From: Bugula neritina
Taxonomy: Eukaryota > Animalia > Bryozoa
Direction: 5' to 3'
Length of the DNA: 64,000 nucleotides
Assembly (NCBI GenBank): GCA_964035545.1
Contig: OZ037772.1
Coordinates: forward strand, 9,231,150-9,295,149
The notes beneath the pieces are model-generated. The model did no database searches and was not told where the DNA came from. It saw only the letters and a list, made by a program, of their open reading frames with translations. A program made the position numbers and the translations under genes. Shown here one piece after another: positions 1 through 11,500 of the stretch. The first letter of the stretch is position 1; every line of letters starts with the position of its first letter.

Positions 1-43
1 TAATACTTTATAAGTGACTTATTTTTTTTTATTATTTTAACAG

Positions 44-114
44 ATAATTCTTCAGAAAAAAAATCAGCAAAAGCAAAACCAGGCAGCAAGAAGAAAAAGA
101 AATCCGAAGCATAA
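44..114 (+). CDS. 3'-terminal coding exon of an upstream gene (Lys-rich C-terminus ...NSSEKKSAKAKPGSKKKKKSEA*)
   Basis: T-rich tract + CAG acceptor at 41-43, open frame to TAA 112-114, AATAAA at about 178-183 and 192-197. The rest of the gene lies outside the window. Confidence 0.6.
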
Positions 115-241
115 GACAAAAACTAAACTCTTTCACCTCACTCCATCAATTTTAACATAAGTATATATTGAAAGTACAAATAAAGATTGAAATAAAAATG
201 TAAAATAAGCATACTAAATCTTTTACTATTTAATACACTTT

Positions 242-1847
242 TTAGACAACGTAGTATTTGTTTCTTTGTCCATAGTTTCTTTTTTTATCTTCATTTCTGG
301 CAAGTAGAGGTTCGGAGTTAGTATTGTCCAGCTTGTTAGAATTGTCTCCACTTGTTGCAGCCAGTATACACAGAGAGCACATGATAGCTGTCACAACTAG
401 AAACATTGTCACTGAACATATTATAGTATACAATAATATGTTATATACGGTATTTATATAGCATAGTGTAGTATTTAGTATAGTACAGTATAGTATATGT
501 GGTATATTATAGTATAGTATATAATATTATAGTATTACATAGCACAGTATAATATAATATAACATAGTAGAGTATAGTATGTACTATATAGCATAGTATA
601 GTAATGCATAGTATATAGAACAGTATAGTATAGTATACTATAGCATAGTATATTATAGCATAGTATAACGTAGTGAACTGTAATTTAGTGTATGTATAGT
701 ATAGTATCGCATAGTATGATATAGTATATAATATACAATATAGTATTTATGAATATAAACAAAGATTATATAGATGACGTCAACTCACAAAAGAGAAAAG
801 TTACAGCAGCTCTATTTCCCACATGATGTCTAGCATGCATATCTCCATGGTTACCGTTGTTATAAGTTACCACAACTTTATGATTCTCAAGTACAACAGG
901 TTGACCCTTCAATGACTGCTCAGTTTCTACAACTCGATGTGTTTGTCGAGACTTTGGGATAGACTCAAGATGTGACGGGTGCGACTCCTGGACAGGAAGT
1001 TGCAGTTTGCTATTTCCTGCTTTCGTGAGCAAGGATATAACATCATGAGGCTGAACCTCGTTGCTATTTACAGCCAACCTGTCACTCTCTGATTGGTTAG
1101 AGACAAGATTTGACTTCAAATTCGATTTTAGCTTTTCTGCCACATTACTAGTTTCCACTAGAGGTGCTCCGTAAGCTGCAAGAGTAAACTTGTACAGACA
1201 ATGCAGTTATGATGATTCGTAGAATAATTTGTTAATACCATGTTATAGTTCTGACAGTGTTGACATGACATCATTTTCAGCATGAACTTATAACGCACAG
1301 CTGGCATTGAAGAGAGCACATGACTGACAAGTAGAATGACCTTCTAGGCAGTATATGACCTTGAAGACAACATATGACCTTGAAAGCAGCAGATGACCTT
1401 GCAGGCAGTGTGACCAGAGGCCCATCAAGACCAGTCATACAATGGTTCTATCTATTTTACTCTTGAATTTGAACTTCTCATAATTATTTTAGGTTGATAG
1501 TATTTGTATAACTTTAGGCAGGAAAACTTTTTTTAAAATGACAGTTTTCCTTAGCCAATAATATCAGACAAGAATACTGTTGATTAGAAAACTTCTATTT
1601 TACTGAATAATCTCCAAGAAAAGGGTCTCTAAAAAGTGTTTCTATTTAACAAGTTCAAAAACATTTAGAAACTTATAAGAAACTTCAAAAGGCTATAAAC
1701 TGTGACTTAAAAGAATTCACATACTCACTACTGTAATATTATTATTTAATATTATTTAGTAAGTGTAAATTTCTCACCACACTCAAAACAAATGGTCACC
1801 ATAGCAACAGCAAAAATAAATAAACACTGCCGTCCTTTTCCTGCCAT
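242..1847 (-). CDS. Uncharacterised type-I single-pass membrane protein, 208 aa, 3 exons
   Basis: Exons 1847-1778, 1175-789, 411-242, all GT-AG and phase-1 compatible. Signal peptide MAGKGRQCLFIFAVAMVTICFECAYG, low-complexity ectodomain, TM AAVTFLFLTMFLVVTAIMCSLCILAA, tail ending RNKYYVV. Confidence 0.7.
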
Positions 1848-2812
1848 TGCTGTTTTAGTTACCTCAACAAGTTTTATATAAAATTTTGTTTAAGTCAGCA
1901 AACACTGTGAAGTATTACCAACAATAGAAAATATTTATTGACAAAGAAACTTTATGCTTTACATAAGGCAAGGCTTAGAATTAAAGCTAAAACAGATACA
2001 ATCAATTCCTTACTGAGATTTAGCTATATAATGCCGCTTGCTTAACTATAAATTTTAAAGATAAATAACATAATATGTGTAATAATTAACGATATTCTTT
2101 TAAATTTATTGCTTTATTGAGTCCACATTTCAAACTTGCTCAAATGTATAACATTCCTTCCAGTTAATACAAAAATTTACTAAATCTTTTTCAGTAATAA
2201 AGAGTAGTTATATTACTGCTGGACATCATTACCAATTATGTCTTTTTTGTCAGCATTAAAATGATTATCTACTTTGAAGAGTTTAACTTTTCAACATCAA
2301 ATATATATTTTTTGCTTAAACTTAACTTGTCATAACGCAATTAGACTTGAATAGTCTAAGAGACTGATGAGTTTAGTACACTCTCTTGTAAACAATTTAT
2401 ACTGTAATTACATTAACATTCTTGGTTTGAAAAATAAATAATTCTTATGCCGAGTTTACAGCTCTACCAACGACTGTAAAAACGTGAATATACATAATTA
2501 ACCTGTCTTAACACTTAATCCACAGTGATTAACTGATTTCTTATTCATTTTTTTCATATATAATATATTGTAAATGTGATATTATTGCAAATAAAATAAA
2601 AATAATTTTATGTTTATTTTATTGCAAATGTTATTTAAAATCAATAAAATGTGCGAAATAAAATTAGCATAAATACTGGTTTCATACCAAATATATTCAA
2701 ATGTTTCAAATGATGTCATCAGTTTATGTGAACTTCAACCAGTAAGCTGGCCTGCTCAAACAAAGCGAAAATTTAAAAAAAAACTCAAGAAATTAAAAAC
2801 ACAAAACTCACC

Positions 2813-4182
2813 ATGGGAATATTAGATAGGCTAAAGTCAAAAGCTAAAAGTGCTGCTAATAATAAATCGGAGCTTCGGAGAAATCCTGCAGAGGGAGATG
2901 AGGAACGGGAGGCTAAAGAAATGTTGACAGGGAAGATAACTCTAGATTCTATTAACTTGGGGGAAATAATGCCGGAATCTTCTCTGAAGCATATCTTTAT
3001 GGAGGAAAGTACTTTGACCCAGCTAGGTGAGTGTTTTATGCTCAAAGTTCTTAACTATATCAGTGACTGGGTGAAGAATACCTATACTTATGCATAAAAC
3101 CCACGCAGGTTTATATGTAGTCACCATTCCTGGTGGAATTGGTGCTTAAAGTGGGCTAATTGGACTTATTTATGCAGGGCACAGGAGCAATTCTGACTGG
3201 ATGCTCTCCCTAACAGCACAAATGGCCTTTACTGGGGTTTGAACCCATGATTTTGTGTTTGGTAGACAAACATTCTAACCTCTAGATCACTGCTGCTGCT
3301 CACTAATACCATGCATAATATGATGAATTATTATTTAAATTATTGAAATGATCTAAGACTTTAAAATTCTGTAGTCAAAATTGCGTTGATAATTGTAACT
3401 ACTTAAAAGTAGAGAAATATTATCTTATATTGTTTTATTGCATAGAGAAATAGATTTGACAAGAGATATAACAAACATCGGCAGCAACAGTAGCAGCAGC
3501 AGAGCAGCAGCTTACTGCATTACAGAAATTATAGTTTTATTTTCTGCCTTGCATCTATATGTGAAAGATATGCGGTTAATTTTGTAAATGGTTTGTCCTT
3601 GAGGCAATAGGTTGGCTGAAAGCCTCTTTAGTTATCCAGGAATAAAGTTTAGATGTCAATTTTATCAGAGTGAACTTCAAGTAAGCTTTTTCATAAAATG
3701 TTTAACTTATAACTTGAATCACATGGGAAGTAATTGTAATAATATTAAACATTTATAATGTCAAAGCATTTAAAAATATGCTGCACAGTACTTTAAATTT
3801 ATATATAGCCTATGAAGTTGTGATTCAGTTAAAGCTTACTTTATTATATGTAATGGAAGAATGGCATTTGCCATATAACTGTTTAAAATTACAAAAATCT
3901 AAGGCTTTTTCTCATTATCTCAGACTCTCATTGATCTCTTCAGGTACTGGGAAGCATAGTGGAGTGCAGAATATAATGGAGAGGTTAGTGGGAGGGTTTG
4001 TAAAGATCTCAGACATGTGGTTCACATGGCGAGACGATGACAACTTTATCACGTACTTCGTCAGAATGACTTTAGGACTAGTGCTAGCCGTGTACGTGTT
4101 TTACTCGTTGTACAGTAAACACCTGAACAGATATATGAACCAAGTGAGACACACACTGCCCTACCTACTTGAGCTGGATTAA
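2813..4182 (+). CDS. Uncharacterised 150-aa protein with C-terminal TM helix, 2 exons
   Basis: Exons 2813-3026 (G|GTGAGT) and 3944-4182 (TTCAG|) join in frame (QLG-TGK). Kozak-like ACCATGG, hydrophobic FITYFVRMTLGLVLAVYVFYSLY, AATAAA at 4221-4226. Confidence 0.7.
3109..3301 (-). mobile_element. Same SINE family, degenerate
   Basis: Reverse complement of head and core. Confidence 0.75.
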
Positions 4183-5505
4183 ATTTGTAACTTTGAGGTT
4201 TTACTGTAATGTGCTGAAACAATAAAAAGAGATAAAATAGAAAGCTAATATAAAAAGGTTTTTTTTTAAACCACAAGGTTACATAGTTTTCAGAACACCA
4301 TTTTGAAATATTGATGGGTAGTTTCCTAGTTGGAATTCCCAATGTATTTGCTAGTTGCGCTCCCTTATTGCCTGCCCTTTGCACACTAATCTTATTAAAC
4401 TGTTTTATAAGCAGCCCGGGTCACTGAGTGCAGTAGCTTGGGATTCCCAACAATGGAGTTCAAGTTCAACATGTAAGCCCCTAACCCCAACTATTGCACT
4501 CGGTCACCCTCACCTTGGAGCTGCTAATAGAATGATTCAATCTTGTTGTTATTAGCACCATTATCATACCAAAAACGCTGTGGGGAAAGGCAAGGTAACT
4601 TCCACCTTCACAAAATAATTATAGTTTTAGCTAGACCACACACTAATTAACTTTGAATTACATTGTAAACTATTTTATTTCATAAAATGTAACATAAATA
4701 ATAATGATATAAATTTTCTATAAATAAGCGTGAAGAAAAATTCATATAATAATGAGTATAATAAAGCTAGAAAATACATATTCAACCATTGAAGTGCATG
4801 TCTAAGCATAGTTAGTGAATATCATATTGCATACAGGCGGATAATAAAAGCAGAAGAGCAAATCCCGAATTGAGAAAATATGCATAATTATAGGTTACTA
4901 AACAGGGCAAAATATACAAGAGATCAATGTTGATATTATAGTGCAATGAGCTCTAAAAACTACTCTACAAAGAAGCCCTGATATAAAAGATTATAGAAAG
5001 CGCAAGAGGAAAAGGTTACACATGTATATGAAAATAATATACGTTATACAATAACAAATCATCTCCATTAAGTATTTTTCAAGGTCAAACTTCAATTCTC
5101 AATTAGACTATTGGTAGGCCTAATATTGCTACACCACATGCACGTAAATGAGAGCGACATTTCAACGTAGATGGGGTGCAACAACGCCAAGTCGAGAGCA
5201 CAAACAACACAGCGGGAGACAGCTTCAGTTGGACGAAAAAGGCAGGCAGAGAGATGCATAGTATTAAGATATGTAGAGCTGTGAGCTGCTGTGATATAAA
5301 CATTTTCCATACAATTTCCAGACCTCTGAGCTACGTTTTAGAGTTGTTTCCCCTATAGCAGTGCGATGCGTGGAAACTAAAACTACAGTCAATTCTTAAA
5401 CAAATATGCTAGACTATGTGTCCAGGGATTACGGGACGCCCCCCAAGAGCACCAAAGAAATATATGTTAGCTTGAGAACTTTAAATAAGCCTGGGAGCCA
5501 CGGAC

Positions 5506-8500
5506 TCATATCAGACGCTCTTCGGGAGGCGGCTTTAACATTCCCGACATTTGTAAGTTGGGGCCGAGAATTTCATGTCGGCTAGGACTGTAGCGCCCCC
5601 TGGTTGCTCGTTTTCTTCTGACCATAACAATGAAAATAACCACGCCTACAATAGACATAACCACGCCTACAATAGATATTACTACGCCTACAATAGATAT
5701 TACTACGCCTACAACAGATGTTACTACGCCTACAATAGATATTACTACGCCTACAATAGATATAACTACGCCTACAACAGATGTTACTACGCCTACAATA
5801 GATATTACTACGCCTACAATAGATATTACTACGCCTACAATAGATATTACTACGCCTACAATAGATATTACTACGCCTACAATAGATATTACTACGCCTA
5901 CAAAAGATAACCAGCTGATATACTAAGGATTGAGGGTTAACACCAATATAAATTCTGCTAACATTAGTAACAAAACGTCAAGGCTGGTCAAGCAGTGATC
6001 ACATGACCCAATGTTTGATAAGATTAATCGTTGCCTCATCAAGTTAATAGGAAACACAACTCCCATAACAAATCCAGAAACTTCAATTTTACTAGAAGAG
6101 CTATTCATGAATTTCGAGGAAACCACTTTTTCAAAAGTGAGTAGAATGGAATCCCTACAATACTCTGGATAAGATAACCCCTAATATATCACACGGAGTT
6201 CAGCAAGGTTAACAAAATTAGGTCGCCACTCTGTAGAAAAACTCCACTCATTCACGAAACTACTATTAGTTCTATAAAATACGCGTGAATCAATAGAAGA
6301 GAGTATCTCACTATCAAAAGTCGAGATTGAGAAACTGGACGCTGACACAGAGGCAGCGCTTGTTAGGACACGTACCGACTATAATGGCGATGATGACGCA
6401 GGCAGCAATGGGCACAGCAATGTACACAGCCAGATAGGGATCGGCAGCTGCAAAGAGAAGACAACAAATAAAAAGACGGCAATTAATAAACGCATAGAAA
6501 ATATGCTTGAGAATAGTTAATAAAACTATTGGACGAAGCTAATTTGAAGAGTTGATTAAAACAGACACTAACTCAAACCCTTGAGTGGCTTTTAATGTTT
6601 AACTGATTAGCCACGTATAATTAGACAATTAGAGAGTGGACAACTCTCAAAGAAGGCATACACAATACAGGGGCAGATAATCTCATTAGATAACTTCTTG
6701 TTAGATAACTTCAAAATTTGAAAAAGAATTGTATTCAAGGAATACAAACATCAGCATATTTGTCACGTTTCAGCATTCAACAAATATTCAGTTATTCTAC
6801 AGAATTATTAACATGATAAATTTAAAGAGAAAATATTAGCTTCAAATAAAAACATCAAATCTATGAGAAAAATTTACAAAAAAACCACTAGTAAACTACA
6901 CGGCTACAAGGGGAGGATAACTACTACTAATATTCTTTGACTGCAAGACATAGTCTAAGGTCTAGAGAACTTACTAGTCGTATCAAGGGGGCTCTCGCAC
7001 GTCGTCCCTGTATACTTGCTGTCACATTGACAAGTGAACCCTAAGGATACTGTGCTGTTACTGCACACACCGCTGTTGGAACAGGGGTTGGAGGTACAAG
7101 GGTCCATCACTCCACCTACAAACAGCAACATAATTGTCACACACTCTTTCCAACACACTGCAGCATGTACATTGTAGTTCTGGTGAGATTTGGTGAAACA
7201 CATTTGCTAATCAAAGGGAGTAGCGTAGTCTAGGAGTTAGAGCGTTAGCCTAGTAAGCACCGAGGTCATGAGTTCGAACCCGGACAAAGGCCATTGGTGA
7301 TGTTAGGAAGAGCATCCAGTCATAATTGCTCCTGTGCCTCATTTGAAAAAGTCCTTAGCCCAATTTAACAAAAACCCTTTCTATCAGGGGTTTCTCGCAG
7401 GGATGGTGACTATAAACGTCCTGGATTTTTTTTATTTGCTAATTATTATCTCAGTTTGGCTAAATCCAAATATATTAGCTGGTTTGTTATGATAAAACCT
7501 AATTGATATATATTTTCCAGGTAAATTACCTGCAATAGCATTTCAGCTAGGGAAATAGTAGTTTGTTCAACATAATATATACTTATGGTTAGTGCATTAA
7601 TTATTAAAAGTAGTGCATTAGTTAATATATTTAATGCATTAGTTATTAGAATTATTGCACCAATATACTTAATGCATTAGTTATTATAGTTGGTGTATGA
7701 GTTATTAAAATCATTGCACTAGCTATCATGATTGTACATTAGATAGAGTTGTTGCTCACTGAACACTGAACGGCAGCGTATACTCACAGTTGCTGCCGAG
7801 ATAGTTATCTTTACAGACACAGTCAGCACCCGACGGCGTGTTCTCACAGCTGACGCTGTTCTGATCCTCACAGAATTCTTGCTCTGAACAAAAATCTCTT
7901 GTCTCGCAGTTCAGCCCAATATAACCTATAAATAGACACAGTAGTCCGATATAATCTATAAATAGACATAGTATGTCTATTATAATCTATGAATAGACAC
8001 AGTAGTTCAATATAATCTATAAATAGTACAGTATGTCCATTATAATCTATAAATGGAAACAGTATGTCTAACATGATCTATAAATAGACATAGTATGTTC
8101 AGTATAATCTATAAATAGAGGATAACTGTAAAAACGCATCCTACACATAAACAAAAGCATACTCAAGACACCTAATTAATAAAATATTAACAGATACAAA
8201 TTGGAAAAAAAACTCAACTTATTCAATTTGATTTTTTAAATAAAACACATCACGCCTAAGATATCTCGAGATAAAAAGTGTCTGATATTCCATAAATAAT
8301 TCCTCTATATCAGTGAAAACTTGCTTCATTAAATATGATTAATGAAATATATATTATATAACACAATAAATATATTATAGTACCAAACTACCACCACTAC
8401 CATTACTGCTACAGTTCCTGTTACTACAGTTGCCTGTTCTACTACTGCTACAATTACTATACTACCGCTGCCTGTACTACTACCCCACTGTCTCTACTAT

Positions 8501-11500
8501 ACCCGCTGTCTCTACTCTACCGCTGCCCAAACTGCTAGGTGCTCAGTGTACACCAAAACAATGTCTATGAATGAATCACCAACCAGCACTTAACAAACAC
8601 TGACATCTCCAGCCAACTGTTGGAGCAGTACATTGTGAGGGTCAGATCGGCACGTTTGAGCTCATTGACATTGTAATCCAAATACAGGTAATTTTACTCA
8701 TAGATAAAAACTAAACTCCATCAATATACTAAATCAATATACTAAATATACTGAAATCAATATTGTTAGAATGAGATTTGCCACAGCAGAAAACTGCATA
8801 CAAACTCAATGGAGGATTATTGAGGAAGGCCTGTGTTCTAGATTAGAAATGTAGCAAAAGAAGTTATTTTCTCTCGAGAATCCCAACTTTGCCCCAAACT
8901 AAAACTTATTAAGAAAGTTATAGAACTTGGGCTATCACAACTTCTCTACTACTGCTCCTAAATGAAACTATATCAGGCAACATTTAGATGACTTTTTCAT
9001 TTACTTAGGAGTAGACAAAAAACTATGAACAAGTTGGTGTACAGAAATACATAGTAGTTATGATACTAAGTTAGTTGGTACGGTAGCTCATACCATATCA
9101 TCACATTACTACTTTACTGTGAATATGAAAGCAACATAATATGTAAATCAGTTCATCGCAACTGTTCTGTCCATACCACTGTGACTACCGCAATTATTGT
9201 GTCTACGTGATCACAACTACATTGACCACCTATCTAACTGTGACTATCTAAGTGACTACTGTGACTATCTATATAAGTGACTATCTAAGTGACTACTGTG
9301 ACTATCTATATAAGTGACTATCTAAGTGACTACTGTGACTATCTATATAAGTGACTATCTAAGTGACTACTGTGACTATCTGAGTAACAACTGTGACTAT
9401 CTAAGTGACTGCTGTGACTATATGAGTGACTACTGTGACTACCTAAGTAACAACTGTGACTATCTAAGTGACTGCTGTGACTATATGAGTGACTACTGTG
9501 ACTATTTAAGTGACTACTGTGACTATCTAAGTGACTACTGTGACTATCTAAGTGACTGCTGTGACTATCTAAGTGACTACTGTGACTATCTAAGTGACTA
9601 CTGTGACTATCTGAGTGACTACTGTGACTATCTAAGTGACTGCTGTGACTATCTGAGTGACTGCTGTGACTATATGAGTGACTACTGTGACTATCTAAGT
9701 GACTACTGTGACTATCTAAGTGACTGCTGTGACTATCTAAGTGACTACTGTGACTATCTAAGTGACTACTGTGACTATCTGAGTGACTACTGTGACTATC
9801 TAAGTGACTGCTGTGACTATCTGAGTGACTGCTGTGACTATATGAGTGACTACTGTGACTACTGTGACTATCTAAGTGACTACTGTGACTATTTGAGTGA
9901 CTACTGTGACTATCTGAGTGACTACTGTGACTATCTAAGTAACAACTGTGACTATCTAAGTGACTACTGTGACTATCTAAGTGACTACTGTGACTATCTG
10001 AGTGACTGCTGTGACTACTGCGACTATCCAAGTAACTACTGTGACTATTTAAGTGACTACTGTGACTGTCTAAGTGACTACTGTGACTACCTGAGTGACT
10101 ACTGTGACTATCTGAGTGACTACTGTGACTATCTAAGTGACTGCTGTGACTGTCTAAGTGACTAACTCGAACTCTCTAACCAAAAGCTTGTTGGTAAAAA
10201 CTGATTTCTGGAAGAAGCAAGAGCAGATTAGGAAAAAAATTCACAGAGCCTAATTCTAAGAGAAAACAATAGTAAAATAGGCGGGCTTACTGCCCTACTC
10301 CTCGACCCAAACCAACTCCCCAAATGAGGAGATACTAAGGCTTCAGAAAATAGACCAAACCTGACACTACAGCTACTAGTACAACTGAGTGATGACAGCT
10401 TTAGAAGGTAGTCCATTATACTTGTTAGTAGAGGGACGACTCCCAATACCAAAGTACAACCTCTGTGATGACAGCATATTTACTACTGATGACATACAAG
10501 TACCAGCTTAACTAATAACATTGAAACATAACCTGATAGTAGTATAGAAACCCAACAATAAAATCCATCGTAATGTTGTTGACAAACTAGGTGAAAGCAA
10601 AATAGTTTTTAACAAAAAAGAAACAAATTTGATTCAACTACTGTCCAATACGTCATGATCTACTAGTGTCACAATCTGAGGCAGTGTTGAACTCACTTCA
10701 AGTCTCAAATAACAATTAGGGTCACAAAGATGGAATTCCCGCTAGGACAATTGGAAAATCTGGCTGTTTTGTGCGGGTTTTCATATGGGCAGTGATCTAA
10801 TTGGATGATCACTATTTAGCGAGCCCAAATCAACCTTTCAAATTTCGGTTTACATCTTTCTATTCTAATTAATTACAAATTATTAAAAATAGCGAATGAT
10901 TTAAAAATGAAATAATTGGAACAGGGCAGTACAAATCACTAGCAAATACATTTTCCAAGTCTAGTATTGTATGTGACTAAATTAAGCCCTAATGCTGGTA
11001 GCCTGACACTGGCTATTAGTATTCTTCAAGGTCTGTCACATCTAATAACAGAAGTCAATTAACTGATTCAGTTTATTGGATTTATTTATACGTATTGATT
11101 TAGGAAACTGCTAAGTCTATACCATGCTAAAATAGGCAGTAATGGAGATGAAGGAATGAAGGGAAATTTAGAAAAGCTTGTGTTCTAGATAAGAAATATC
11201 TCCAAGAATGTATCGTCTCAGTTGATTTTCCACTAGCACTTTGAAGAATCAAAGAATTTAGGCTATTAAAACTGTATTGCTACACCAAAATGAAAATAGG
11301 GCACTATCAAAAACTGCTGCAATTCCTTTTTAGGTCATTTGTTTGAGGACCAGCTTTACAGCATAACGTTAACCTAGAAACCAAGATATGACAAGCAAAT
11401 TTACTAGAATTAAAACACTGAAAGACCCACAACTTATGATTAGTATCACTCACCCACAAATTGAGCTTTCCAGTACCGATGAAACAACTCCCAGACTGTC

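Noticed and set aside
5092-5358. Short ORFs as a possible Crumbs cytoplasmic exon
   Set aside because: The true tail is encoded at 5645-5506; this region is presumably 3'UTR.
5575-5926. Plus-strand ORFs (YYYAYNR)n and (IDITTPT)n, mucin-like
   Set aside because: They are antisense readings of the Crumbs acceptor minisatellite; there is no signal peptide or gene structure on the plus strand.
7216-7290. tRNA gene
   Set aside because: The A/B boxes continue into a shared SINE core and tail in many copies; no full cloverleaf or Pol III terminator at the expected place.
9326-10165. CRISPR-like or coding interpretation of the long tandem array
   Set aside because: No unique spacers, eukaryotic context, and the ORFs arise from a stop-free 21-bp unit.
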